From Eledone cirrhosa (taxonomy: Eukaryota), in the NCBI GenBank assembly GCA_964016885.1, contig OZ024742.1, forward strand, positions 212,102,001 through 212,166,000: a stretch of DNA of 64,000 nt. Reading direction: 5' to 3'. The stretch's first letter is position 1. Each line of letters starts with the position of its first letter. Shown here piece by piece: positions 37,100 through 50,682 of the stretch. A program made the translations under genes and the position numbers. Under the pieces are notes generated by a model. That model was not told where the DNA came from and did no database searches. It was given only the letters and a program-made list of their open reading frames with translations.

Positions 37100-37552
37100 T
37101 TATTTATAATATACTAAAGCATCATGAACAGGATGATGAGTTAGAATAACATTATCTTCACTACTGTGGCTGACTATTTTAAGCTAAGAGCTCTAGAAAG
37201 AAGTTCGGGGAGGTCTTTATGAGTTTAGTTGTGATGCTGGCTTCAAATACATAGATTTTCAAATGTTTTTAAAATATAAAAAAAATAAAAAAATGCAGAG
37301 AGAGAGAGACGAAATATAAGGGAATAATTCAAAATAGGCAGAAAAGTCTTTGAGATTAAATTTGAAAGGAATTCTGTGTCATGATTTTTTTTTTTTAAAC
37401 CTGATCACTGCATTAATTACATGTGTATGCTGCTTACAAGGCTAGTAGTCTTATACATTTAGATAGCATGAATAAAGTTTATTTCAACCAATAAATTAAA
37501 ATAGAGCAGCATTGCTTCAAAGTTTTTCGCCTACCACTTATTGAACATATTT

Positions 37553-37850
37553 CATTTTACGTCCGCTTTTCCCTGCTTGCAAGGGTGGGACGGGAACTGA
37601 TTTTGGGTCGATTTCTACAGCTGGATGCCCTTCTTAACACCAACCTCATTTACAGTGAGTGCTGGGTGCTTTTTTGCCATGGCACCTACACGACCACTTT
37701 GCAGTGGAATGATAGGGACCCCAGTCCCTATCATCTCATTTCTACAGCTGAGTAAACTGGAGCAATGTGAAATAAAGTGTCTTGCTCAAGGGAACAACAC
37801 ATCATCTGGTCTGAGAATTGAACTCACAACCTTTCGATTGCAAGGCCAAT
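37553..37850 (-). mobile_element. Composite of an RTE-tailed SINE (37553-37695) and a tRNA-derived SINE (37715-37850)
   Basis: Reverse complement of aagggcatccagc and the tail. ccttgagcaagacactttatttcacattgctccag is also seen at ~51860-52015. Confidence 0.65.
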
Positions 37851-38119
37851 GCTATGTTTAATTCCAGAATTCAATAAATAAGTAGAAGACATATCCTGGT
37901 GTCAGTTTTATTGACTATACTTTTCTCTTCAAATCTGCAGCTTTGTGCCAATGTATTATTATCATTCATAAGAGAGGACTAAATCTCAATTGGTAGAGCA
38001 TCAAGAAAATGCCTTACGCTATTTATTTATAAATAAACAACATAAGGTATTGCTCTACCAACTGTGTAATTCAGTCCTTTCTCATAAATAATAAAGAGTC
38101 TAAATCTCTTCCCAATCAA

Positions 38120-38790
38120 CATCCTTTTTTATCCTTCTGAAGTCAATAAAATAAAGTAGCAGTCAATTGCTGGCCTTGTGCCAAAAGTATTGGCAGAATT
38201 GTTAGTGTTTGACAATATGCTTTGCTGTATTTATTTGTAGCCTTTCATTTTCAGAGAAATCCAACCGATGTCGGCTTTGCCTGTCATCCATCTGGGTAAA
38301 CGAAATAAAGTACCAGTCAAGTACTGCTCCTTCACTGCCAAATTCCTGGTCTTATACCTATGTCAGAAACAATTATTATTACTTGAATGATAAAGTGTGG
38401 TGGATTAGCAGTATCGATAGAGTATCGAACAACATGCTTTGCCTTTCATCCTTACGGGCTTGATAAAATAAAGTACCACTAATGTACTGAGAGTCAATTT
38501 AATTGACTGTCCCCTTCCCCAAAATTGTTGGCCATGTGCCTAAATCAGAAACCATTATTTGAATAAAGGGTGGTGGGTTAGCTGTATCAGTAGAGTGTCG
38601 GAGAATATGCTTTGAGGCATATAGTTACATCCCTTTATGTTCTGAGTCAAATCCTGTCAGGTTAATTTTGCCTTTCATCCATTCAGGGTTGATAAAATAA
38701 AGTGCCAGTAAAGCAATGGGGTCAATTTAATTGCATTTCTACTCCCCCCAAATCACTGGCTTTGTGCCAAATGTAGAAACCACTATTTGA
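38120..38790 (+). mobile_element. Cluster of ~4 tandem SINE copies (gcctttcatcc...ataaagtaccag family)
   Basis: The core motif recurs at ~38125, 38275, 38438 and 38668. Confidence 0.75.
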
Positions 38791-41700
38791 ATGATAGATG
38801 AGGTGAGGCCATTTCCCTGAGAAAATATAATTAAATGTATTAAATAAATACTAAAACAAATATCCTTGTTCTGAATGAATAAAATAATTGACTGTGTTTT
38901 ATCAGTTTTATCACTTGTCTTTTAAACATTCCTTTTAGTTGGGCTATGTATTGGATACATTTACAAATTTAGGTATTTCTATCATATTTTATCAGGAGAG
39001 CAGTAACTCTGAATAAGGACTCAGACCATAATGACCAATCTACTAACCCATGCCAGCATAAAAAAGTGGATATAAACTGAGAATGATGATTATCATCATT
39101 ATCAATTTTATTTATCTACTAATTTTATGATTAGGACAGCAGCTCTGATTAAGTACTGATTTGGTCTGTGATGACCCATTCAACCCATGCTAGTATGGAA
39201 AAATGATGATTTCAGTTTGAGCATTAGCCAGTTTTACTTCAAAGTACAGGAGACTAAAGAAAAATATATAACCAAAGGATGCAAATATAATAACTGAAGC
39301 AAAATTGGAAATATCAATGACCATAAGCCAAGCCACTGGAATGAATATGTCATGTGAAACAATTAACAGGCAAAAGCTAATCATCAAAGAATACCAAGAA
39401 AAATACTAGCCAGACTGACTAAATCAGCAACTCCTTTTCTTTTCTTTTTTATTGAAAACAACTGCTACTGAGTGTCATTAACCCTTTTGTTACCATATGT
39501 CTAATGAAATAGTGCGTATGATTTTCAAATAAATTTGAAAGGATGTATGTAGTAAAATAACTAGTTTTTCGCTTTATTTTTTTACATAAAATTATTATGG
39601 ATAGTTTTTAGATAAATATACACATTTTAAAACAAAGGGCTGTTTCAGGCAGTTTGGTTTTAAAAATGTTAAAGAACTACATAAATTGGGGTGGCGGTGG
39701 AAAGCGGTGTTAGGTAACACCCGTGAAAGTTTTTGTTGAACTAAAAATGGTGATATTGGAGATGTCTTTCATTTGTTTGCTTCTATTGCTTCATTGATGG
39801 TTTTAGTCATTAAAATTTATAGGCTCCATTGAAGCTGCAATTCAATTCACAGGTAATATTCAGCCGAATGTTATTTGTGCGAATAAACATGCACATTCTT
39901 CTCTTGCTGACTGTTCTATTCAATGAGAACTGCAATTTTAGATTCTATCCAAATAGTTTGTTTTAAATATTCAGCATTGTATCTACAAAGGTAGGTACGT
40001 AGATATAGCTATTTGGGCTTCAGGTATAATAGAAAGAGTAAAAATAAGAAATTAGTGAAAAGACTCTAGTGTAGGTGTATGAGCAGGGGTTTGAAAGGAT
40101 TAAGGGTTGTTAGATGCTATCACTACTTGATGGTAAATTCCAGAAACTAAACACACCACATATGGTAAAGTTTTTGATCAACCATATTTGATGGTTGTGT
40201 TGTTTATATAAACTTTGGAATACAATTAGAATTTTATATGGAAACGATTTAAAAATTAATTTAATTTGCTACAAATTTAATAAATCATTAAAAATGACCA
40301 TTCAATGTACGGTGAGTAAAATGGAAAATAGATACTTTTTTTTACACAATTAAATTGATTCTTGGGATTGTTTAATGATTTTCAGTGGAAATCTATTTTA
40401 AGTTTACATTAGCTTTATATGAGAAGGTAAATTAACAAGTGTGTTTTACCTGTTTTCAAATGGTGTACAATAATAAAATAATAGGATTGTTTGTTGCTTT
40501 AAATACTTTTGTTTACATACATTACTATCTAACTAAACATGCGCTGTGCATCTATTTCCTATTCATTTATAAATTTAGAGTAGTTCAGTTAAACTAGAGA
40601 AAATACATTGCAAATTTCTACCATCTCACTCTGTTTGGAAGCCCTGCTATAGGAACATTGTCATTGTCTTGAATATTTTACCCCACTATGGTTGGATAAG
40701 TTGGAAGAGTCTGAAGAATAGCATAATTTTCTATGTCTTGATCCTATACTGCTCACTCTCAAAACATTTTTCTTGGTATATTTCTGTCATAAATAACTAC
40801 CACTATTAAACTGGCCCAGTACTTTTTTCACCCCACATCAGCTACTTGTATTACATGTCACCTATATCAGCTTGTCACCTTCCTTGCCATAATACTTGTA
40901 TTGCTTAACTGTTTTCTTAACTTTATTTCCTAACTCATGTCCCATATAGCTTGCCTTCTGTTTGAAGAGAGAAACTCTTTGTTATTCATAGAATTGTAGT
41001 TCTGAAAATTTCTTTCATACTTATTGAACAATAGCCACTACACTATTTGTAACTTTACTCCCAATACCAATATCATCTTGGTAGTACAACTTGTTTACTT
41101 TGAGCAAACCATTCCTATGTTGGTGGTTAGCTGTTACAGTGCATCAAGTGCTCCTAAAGTTTTGTTTCTCTGTCACTATCATACTGCCTATCATGTTTGC
41201 ACAAAGTTCTTTCTCTGTAAACAAATTATAACAATGAAGTCCAGAAATGAAGTTCATAATTTAAAAGTAAGTGGGATATTACTACTGAGAGTGAGAAAGA
41301 TTTTGTGTGTTGGAATGAGCAGTTTAGTGCTTCATGTTTCTCCAGTATAAATAGTATTTGGATAAACTTCACCCTACACCAATAAAACATCAACATCATC
41401 GTTTAACATCTGCTTTCCTGGCTAGCAAGGGTTATACCAAAACATGTAACAATCATATAATGGAATAGATTTGATCAATTACGCTTTTGTTGTAAGTATT
41501 GAAGTTATACAATTATAAAATAATTTAAATATAGGTGTAGGCATATCTGTGTGGTTTAAAAGCTCATTTCCCAATCATGTGGTTTTGAGTTGTCACACAA
41601 TGCAGTATCCTGGGAAAGTGTCCTCTATTATAGCTTTGAGTTGCCCAATGTTTTGTGAGTGAAATTTGAGACAGAAACTTCATGAGAGAGAGAGTGAGAG

Positions 41701-41950
41701 AGTGAGTGAGTGAGTGAGAGAGCGAGTGAGTGAGTGAATGTTTACTGTTTGTTTATGTCTGATAACTTATTGGTTTAACGAATAGAGATTGAGAATAAAT
41801 ACTGGGGTTTTGAGGTCATTGTAATTACTGAAACTATTAAAAGAATAATATATATTAAACCATTAAAAGAATAATATATAAATAACTAACTTGAAATAAT
41901 CAAAAATGTTTCCTAGCTATGTCCCTAAACCTTCAAATTCTTTTACAGGC

Positions 41951-42100
41951 TTCTGTCATTAGACTGCTGCCATGCTAAGGTACTGTCATAATTGGGATTT
42001 AGTTGATCATATTAATTTGAGTACTTATTTTCTTTTCAAGTCTTGGACTTATCAATCTCTTTTCGTTGAATTGCTAAGTTACAGGACATAAACACAGATA
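41951..42100 (-). mobile_element. SINE with CR1-LINE-like 3' tail (second copy 56333-56460)
   Basis: Minus-strand gcagtgccccagcatggcc...gtctaatgactga-type tail aligns with the LINE end at 3265-3300. Confidence 0.6.
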
Positions 42101-42146
42101 CAAATGTAAGCACACACACATATACGCAAAGTGGTTAGAGAATTAA

Positions 42147-42349
42147 CCCTTTAGCATTTACAATACTCTATATATACTATTGTATTTTCACAGTAAAGGT
42201 TTTACCTCATAATATCAAATGAGATTTTGATATTTATTTCAAGGACAATCAATACTTTAACATCAGTGTGAGCTGCTGGTTACAGCCAGTTTGAACAGAA
42301 AGAGGTGAGAGAATTCTGGTTGGATATGGCTGGTTTAAATGCTAAAGGG
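42147..42349. mobile_element. piggyBac-type MITE nested in a SINE head
   Basis: TTAA|CCCTTTAGCATTTA ... TAAATGCTAAAGGG|TTAA: 14-bp TIRs and a TTAA TSD. Confidence 0.85.
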
Positions 42350-42816
42350 TTAAACTCATGATCATTAGGTCACGGGCTTAATTTCTGGACTGGATGGTCC
42401 ATTGTGATCTTGAGCAAGTTACTTCATTTATTTTTTATGATAGGACTGATGCCCCTTTCATCAAAGAATGAAAAACCTACTGAGATGCAACATCATAAGA
42501 GGCCAGCTACACCTTAGGTGTGAGCTGTAAATTGCATTTAGAAAAAAAAATATATATGTATATATATATCTATCTATCTAAGGCGGGTAAAATTCCCGAG
42601 ATCCATGGACGAGTTCTCTCCAGCGGTCTCTGTCCCTCATTATCGCTGCCATGTCCTGCATCTCCAACAGACCAGTGTTTGTCCTTAGGGCATCAACATA
42701 CGTTAACCTTGGTCTTCCTCTTCTAGTGTGTCCCAAAAGTCAGCTCAAAAGTGACACAGAGGAGACTGAGGTTGGCTGGACATGCTCACCGACATCCAGA
42801 GTTGACATTGCACTCA

Positions 42817-42849
<33 letters not shown>

Positions 42850-42850
<1 letters not shown>

Positions 42851-43040
42851 CTAAGGAAATGTGGTAAGGAACCAGGTGGACCATAATGCACCAAAGTACT
42901 CAATACTTAGGGTAGTAGAGTGGGTAATAGGGATGAGTAGGACCCCGACGGTTGAGCTCAAGCTGTTTCAACGGCTAAGTAGTCCAGAATTAGCCGTCGA
43001 AACGGCTTGAGCTCAGCCGTCGGGGTCCTACTCATTCCTA
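42850..43040. mobile_element. TA-flanked island with a 51-bp inverted repeat made of a hammerhead 3' half (Penelope-like remnant)
   Basis: Arms 42928-42978 / 42990-43040 with 4 mismatches and an 11-nt loop. The right arm reads GAAA-CGGCT..AGCCG-TC-GGGG. Confidence 0.6.
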
Positions 43041-43059
43041 TATATATATATATATATAT

Positions 43060-43095
<36 letters not shown>

Positions 43096-43262
43096 CAGGC
43101 CTTTACAGTTTTCATCTACCAAATTTCACTCACTAAGCATTAGCCAACCTGAGGCTACAGTAAAAGTTACTTGCCCAAGTTGCCACACAGTGAGAGTGAA
43201 CCAGAAACCACATGCTTGTGAAGCAAACTCCTTAACCACACAATCATATTTATTATTATTAT

Positions 43263-43460
43263 AAGGGCGGTGGATTGGCAGTATCGGTAGAGGGTCGGAC
43301 GCCATGCTTTGCAGCAAAGAGTTACGGCCCTTTATGGTCTGAGTTCAAATCCCGCCGAGGTTAACTTTGCCTTTCATCCTTACGGGGTCGATAAAATAAA
43401 GTACCAGTAATACACTGGTATAATTGCTGGCCTTGTGCCAAAAGTAGAAACAATTATTAT
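43263..43460 (+). mobile_element. Well-preserved SINE copy (gcctttcatcc...ataaagtaccag family)
   Basis: Full head, gagttcaaatccc B-box-like motif, core and ggccttgtgccaaaagtagaaac tail. Confidence 0.8.
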
Positions 43461-45189
43461 TATATTGATGTATTCGATTTGCATCTTTTCTTAGATTTTT
43501 TTTATTTTCCTGTTTGGTCAGGGCTTCCAACAGAGTGAGAAGGTAGAAAGCAGAGATGCGACTCAAATACTTACAATAGTGAACTCTGCTAAAGACAATG
43601 TGTTTACTTTCAAAATGACTATGCTAATTAACCTGATCAACAAAGCTTACTTTAACAGAATAATGAAAAAAAAAAAACAAAAAAAACATTCCTGATCAAT
43701 AGAAAAAAAAGGAGCTGATGATCAGATTGGGCCAAGGAAACATTGTTTCTATTGGTCTTTCCATGCTGCTACCATCTGCCAGTCATAACTCCTGGGTCAA
43801 GGAGGTAAGATTTGAACTCAAAATAGAGAACTCGACTAGATACTGCAAAGCATCCCATCCAGCACATTATCGATTCTGTCAATCCACAACCCCTAGACTC
43901 ATATTTTATTTATTGACCTTAAAAGAATGAAAAAGTTGAGCCTGACGAGATTTGTGAGCTGGAACAAATACTGAGGCAATACAATACCTTAATAACTCTG
44001 CCAATTGGTTGTCTATACAGAACCAGGTTTACATTTAAGTTTCAAATCTTATATTTTTTAAGCTTTTACAACTGACATATTAAGTTAGAAGTTATTGTAC
44101 TAAACTTCCTTATTTCAACAATACTGCAGAGAATGATCACTGCTGAATAATAACAGAAATAATAATAAAATATATATTTTAGATGATAATTGCCATTGAT
44201 TTTTTTTTTTTTAAATCAAGAACAAATATTTCTTAATATATACCATTCATCTCCATATTTACATTCATGCAGTTTGTTCTCGTTATTGGCGAAAAAATAT
44301 TTTAAAATGTATATTCTACCTAGCCTATTCAGGTTACATTGATGGTATCAAAAGGTAGTTTTTTCTATTGTGTACACCTAAGCTTATGTTTTTGAAGTAC
44401 AACAAAATTTCCTTCTAAAATCCACTGTAACTCATGAAATTAGCACCTTTCTCATTTCATACATTCTTTTCATCAAAAGTACTTTGATGTTCAATAGTTC
44501 TTATTTTAGATGGGTATTCATAACATTCAACACAAAAATAGTAATATGTTGCTCTTTTCTATTATGTTACCAGAGTATGAAAATAATGCATGGAAAAAAA
44601 ATTAAAAATCGGCATCAAAATATTTTATCTTTATAATAAATTAAGATGTGTGTCTGTTTCAGAATGGGTACACCTTATCCTTACATGTTGTGACTAAAAG
44701 AATTGGTGCCAAGAAGGGCATCCAGCTGTAAAATATTGCATATTATGAGGCTAACTCCTCCTTTATCTGGGAAAATTACCTTAAATGTTTGTTGTAATAA
44801 ACCGATAAGATATTTTTCAGAATATTATTCTTTAAAAAGCTGAGTTTAAAATATTATGAATGTTATGCTTTAAATAATGATTCTTAAGATTGGTATAAGA
44901 CTGTAAATATTTCATATTAGGAATACAGTCAGTTATATAAACACCAATACTTGACTAATACTGATTTTAACAGCTCCATAAAGATGGAAGACAACGTTAA
45001 CCTCAGTGAAATTTGAATTCATTTCTCCAATGCTTTACCACTTCTTCCAATCAACTACAAATTAAACATTTTTGTAGCAATGAAAAGGCTTGAACCTTTC
45101 CCAATCTTTAAATATATATTGACATCTAAAGCATATTACTATATCCTTGCAATGAGTCAATAGGAGAGCTTTTTTGTGGTAAATAGTAG

Positions 45190-46020
45190 TCAAATCTCTC
45201 TCAAATCTAATCCGACAATCTTTAAAAAAGGAAGGACATATTGGATATTTTAGTTTAAGATGAACCATGACTGAAACAGGATGGTCATAACATGAACACC
45301 TTTGATCACAGGTCTGACATGGGGGTAACACTAACAGCAATAACTATATCCTTGCAAGCCAACAAGGGAGCCTCTATGTAGTCACCCAACCTGTTAGAAA
45401 TAACATTCAAATTGCTCTCAACTCACATCCTATTGTCTTAAATGAAAAGGAGGGTACAAATTAGATAATGTCATCCTAGATATGTCTAAAAAGACAGGAT
45501 GGTCACAACTGGAACACTTTTGATCATCAGCTTGGTCAATGACAGTACAATAACACATACACAAAAAAAAAAAAAAAAAAAAAAAACATTTCAGTGCAAA
45601 GGTCTCTTTATTATTCATTATTCTATTCTGTCCAACAATACATTTAAATATACTAAACCAATTCCTTATCGTCATATAAGCTACCAGTTCAAAGTATACA
45701 GATAAATGAAAGATCACTGTAATAGTATAGTAAACAAATGAATTCCCCCCTCCCCCCCAAAAGGGAAAAGGCAAGTAAAATTTTTTTATCATGGATAAAA
45801 CTATAAACATTGAAATATATCTTTTTAATAGTACCATTTAAACCTTGTTGTTTAGCTCAGCCCTGACCCAGCAGACTTATGACCAAAGGCATTCCAGACA
45901 TGACCATCCAATCTTTTTGCCAGAAATAATATATTTAGAATTACATTATCCAATATGCTATTTGTTTGAGAGTCAAATAAGTTTTGGGGGAGATTTGGCT
46001 GCTATATCTAACAGGTAGAG
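45190..46020. repeat. Three copies of an interspersed repeat (two +, one -); a further copy at ~49900-50065
   Basis: Shared ctctcaaatc...ggatggtcat/acaa...tttgatca motifs. Confidence 0.55.
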
Positions 46021-46320
46021 CGGCGGCTATCTGATTGAAAATGAAGCAGCAATATAAGGATTGGATAAACGCACGTACGTAGTGAGAGCCGGTAAAACGT
46101 CACATGAAATTTATTGGATAATTAAGATGACACGTTCGAATAATATCACACAAAAGAAAGAAAGAAAAAAAAGATAAACGTCAGTGGGACAGTTGAATAT
46201 GTTTATTCATACCTAGAAATTACAATAAGCTTCGGGAATCTAACTAAAACTGGGGCATAAACTTAAGAATGTTTAATGCAATATTGCAAAACAAACATCG
46301 GGAAAAGCGCAGTGAGGTGG
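46020..46320. promoter_or_regulatory. CpG-retaining patch with CCAAT and CRE-like motifs; possible promoter
   Basis: Many CpGs in an otherwise CpG-poor region; ATTGG twice; ACGTCA twice. Confidence 0.3.
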
Positions 46321-46429
46321 ATTTTAAAAAAGAAAGTTTTTATAAAATATCATTCATAGTAGTACAATGATCAAGTAAGAAAAGCAGAAGTGTAAACATG
46401 GTCGGTTCTCATAGCATGGTCTTATTCTA

Positions 46430-46610
46430 ATTGTTTTTACTTTTGGCACAAGGCCAGCAATGACCCAGTGCATTACTGGTACTTTATTTTATCGACCCCC
46501 GTCAGGATGAAAGGCGAAGTTAACCTCGGCGAGATTTGAACTCAGAATGCCAAGGGCCGTAACTATGCGTCAAAGCATGGCGCCCGACCATCTACCAATA
46601 CTGTCAAATG
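46430..46610 (-). mobile_element. SINE copy (gcctttcatcc...ataaagtaccag family), inverted
   Basis: Reverse complement homologous to 43263-43460. Confidence 0.8.
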
Positions 46611-46825
46611 CTCTTATAACAGGTTGATTTATTAAAATTGTATCTTACAGAAAGGACCTACATGTAGTCACTCGGACTTTTGGAATGAAGGGTTGATTCA
46701 ATCCTAATACCCACTTCCAAACAGATCTAGACAAATCAAATACCTAATTTTTAATAATCCCATTCTTTCTTAAAAAGAAATTGGATAAAATTATTTAGAT
46801 TTAAAAAAAAAAATTATCTCCAGAG

Positions 46826-46858
<33 letters not shown>

Positions 46859-46967
46859 TGTACATACACACATATACATACACACACATATATACATACA
46901 CACACACATATATACATACACATATATACATACACACACATATATATATGGGCGTGTATATATATAT

Positions 46968-47003
<36 letters not shown>

Positions 47004-47008
47004 GTGCG

Positions 47009-47042
<34 letters not shown>

Positions 47043-48229
47043 TGTAACGTCCAGTTACAGTAGGTTCACCAAAGTTAGCACTCGATTCTGTCATTACCAC
47101 AACGTAAGTCCGACGAGTTTGATTCCAGAGTCGGGCTAGATCGATACAGATCGAACCATGAGCTGATCAATGGCGAAACGCACGCCACTACTCAAACGTA
47201 ATAAAGACATAACTAATCGTCCTTTATATATATATATATATATATAAAATGTTTAAAGAAAAATAGCTTTAAAAAAGGAAGAATCAACAAAAATAGGCTA
47301 GCTATTTGGTAACGTATGTAATCTGTAAACAAGAACTCTGACAAATACCACTGATAAGGCAACATTCAAAATAAAGTTTAGTGCAGAAAAAAATTGGATT
47401 TTCAGTAACCAACAGTTTATTCTAGATATGTAAATAAAACACAAATATAATTACTATCTCAAAAATAATACATATCAAGAAAGTTGTAAGTGGTTTGTGA
47501 TACAAACAGTATCTTTCTTGTATTAATAAAGTTCTTGAATTTAATTTTTAAAGTTAAATTTCAGAAATTGTTAATGTTTTAAATACCATGAAGTAAATTT
47601 AAATTGTAAAATATAGAAAATAAATTGCTTCTTACAATAACTTGTTAATATCAACCTAAAAGAAATTAGTATATTAGAAATATTAGTAGTACTTCGGTAC
47701 AAACAAAAATATTTTATTCTATAAGAAAACTGATTAAATAAATAATAACAGTAATATTAAAAGTAACATTGAATAGTTGATTGAAATGAATTCTTTTCAG
47801 TATATCACTGGTACTTATTTCATTCCACACCTTATTCAATCCACAGGAGGATAAAAAGTAAAATCAATATTAGTAAAATATGAACATAGAATTCCTTCAG
47901 CCTGGTTTTCTGCGGCTGCCACTAATAAGAACAAAGTTTTAGCGTGTGAAGTAAGAAAGTAACTATCAAAATATTTTTCAAACACTACACATCATATATT
48001 TTAGTCTTAATTATTTACTTTAATACATAAACATATGCCTTGAGCATAGCAGTAACAACAAAAATAAATAGTTAGCTATATCGTTTATGTAATTATAAAT
48101 TCTTTGGAAATATTCTCTTCCCCTACAGATAAACACAACATGAACAAGAGTCTTAAAACTTAGTTGTGATTGACAGAACTAAACGAAATTATCTTAACCA
48201 CATAAAAATAGATACACATACAAACATAC

Positions 48230-48274
48230 CTTCAATTTTTTATCCAATGTATTCTTATTACTTTTGTAAACCAT
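48230..48274 (-). CDS. Candidate first coding exon (MVYKSNKNTLDKKLK) of an unidentified host gene
   Basis: ATG at 48274-48272, 15 codons, strong donor AAG|gtatgt. It is preceded by 5'UTR-like sequence and GA/GT-rich upstream DNA. Confidence 0.33.
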
Positions 48275-50409
48275 AGTTAAAAATTTCTTTGAATTTCTTA
48301 CAACACAGAAAGGAGAAAGAGAAAAAAAATAAGCTGTCTTCAGCTGCTGCTATTACCAATACCAATTAGTCATATGTTTTTGGCCACTTCGAAAAAAAAC
48401 TACTGCTACTATTTAAAAGGATAGTTGCCTGAAAAAAGCAGTGTAAACTTTTTCTTTTTCTCTTTCCTTCTTTACTTCTGGAACTTGAAACAGACAGTGA
48501 GCTAGATGGAGAAGAGGTATGATACATTCATACACTTAATCACCAGAGGGGTACTTGTGTTTAGGAGAGAGAGAGTGTGTGTGCGCGCGTGTGAAAGATA
48601 GGAAAGAGGGTGGGGGAGTGAGAGAGGAGAGGCAGTAGCTGAATAGCAACATGCTGTAGAGTCTATTCCAATGAATGTATGTGCAAGCATGTCTGTGCCC
48701 CACCTAAAAGTTTACTGCTAGTAGTTGAGAAACTAATAGTATATTAGTTGATAGAACTCTGTTGCTATTAACTACCGCTATTCAATCTTCTTTGGTTATA
48801 ACTTAAGAAATAACACTAACAACTTGCTGCTGATGGCCTATGGTTGTTTGATTTTTATCAGTTCTTATCACAGGTTAATAGTAACGGGAATAAATAGAAG
48901 AAAATAAAATGTCTTCGATTATTTGCCTAATAATATATAATTTAAAAAAATCAAAAAGATGTTTATTTATTTTGACTAGTTAATGGTAAACATTTAAGTA
49001 ATGTGTATACATAAACATGGTCAATCTATAGAGGTGAAGGAATTAGAATTAAATAGAAAATATATTTGACCATTTTCATGTTAGAAATCCATCTTTGATA
49101 ATTCAATGAAAATGATAAAAATATATTTATTGAAATGAATGTGACTGTGTTAGCATTTAATGGAAGTTAGGGCAGATAAAGAAATAACAAGATGGAAAGA
49201 AGCCATTTTGAAGACCTGTCAAACTCAGCATGTAAAAACATTTTTTCCAGCTAGATAAGCAGTGCCAATATCTCTCATTTACACTTCTAAAGCCAAGTAT
49301 TAAGTGAAAGAATCCCTCTCCTCAGATTCATCTTAAACCAGCAGACTACGGTTGAATGATAATAGGGCTTAGATTCTATAGCTTTAAAAATGTTATAAAT
49401 TTTACTTGATTAGACACTAAATTAACTAATATAGAAACATAAAACTTTACTTAACCAATAAAAAGATTTAACTTAAAACAGTATGTTCCACACACAGATT
49501 TAGTATATTCCTTAGTTCACAGAAGCAGAGCTGTACCCATACAATTTACAGGCATTCCAAGACTGATGTGGTTGATATCAAACTTAAACTTCTCTAGGTT
49601 ACTGTCTGTAAGGAAAATGCAGGTGGGGATAAGGTTCCAGGGGGCTGCAGTTCTGAGGAGGAGAAAGAGGAAGATTGGATAGAACAAGGTATTTTGTATA
49701 AGTTGGGTAGGGGTTTAAGATATTCTAGGAAAAGACCTCCAGAATTTGAGACTCAACATTTGTATTGGAAAAGTGTCATGAATACAGGAAGGTGTATTGC
49801 TGAAGGTGTTTTCCAGATATGTGTTAGTGACTTCATTTTCTTGTACTGTTGAATGAAAGCCGGTTATGTCACCTATAGAGGATGTTGTTGTTGTTGTTGT
49901 TTAGCCCCAGATCACCCTTACTGAGCAGACCTATTCTATTATACTATAGTGACTGTCATGTCTATTTGATTTAATGTGTCTTTTTTATAAGATGGTAGGA
50001 TGTGAGGGTGATCTGGTTATTGTTTCTAGCAGGTCAGATTGCCAACTAGAGGCTTCCATGCTGGCTCATCATTAAAGCATGTTTTCAAGATACTTGTTCA
50101 CAGAAATAGTGTATGTTAGACTGAATGTCTCGGTGGCATGTAGATCCCACTTATGTGAGAGTAACTTAGTGATAAAAGGTGTAATCAGCAGAGTAGTGTG
50201 ATTAAGGTGTTTCAACAAAAAGTTTGTTCGTGTACAAGAGTAAGAATGAGGGGATGTGTGTGTGTGTGTGTGTGAGAGAGAGAGGGGGGGGAGACTGTAT
50301 GAAGTAGACTTTTCATCCAAGATGAATGAAGCCCTTAAATTCTAATGCTAATCACAAAGACCTTCCTCATATCAAAAGTAATACTTTGGTTTCAGTTACG
50401 TTTTCAAGA

Positions 50410-50680
50410 GTGTATGAGAAGAATCAGAAGTAGTATGTAAGAGAGAAGACTACACTAGTATGGAAATGTGATGTGTATGGATAAAGATCATTGGGTGAAA
50501 AAGTGCCAAGAAATTCAAGTGGAAGGAAGACTTGGATGGAGGCAGTGAAAGCTGATTTCTAACCGTTGAAGCTCAAAGAGATGACAAAGGAAGGTAATTG
50601 GTGGACTGATGCTGTGTTGAAAAGGATGTACCCAACCCATGCAAGCATGGAAAAGTAGAAGTAAAATGATGATTATGATA
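50410..50680 (+). mobile_element. Degraded RTE LINE 3' end
   Basis: Homologous to 25130-25412; tail acccatgcaagcatggaaaagtag. Confidence 0.75.
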
Positions 50681-50682
50681 AG

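Noticed and set aside
39190-39387. Hydrophobic 65-aa minus-strand ORF
   Set aside because: No ATG start or convincing splice context; typical antisense reading of A-rich decayed sequence.
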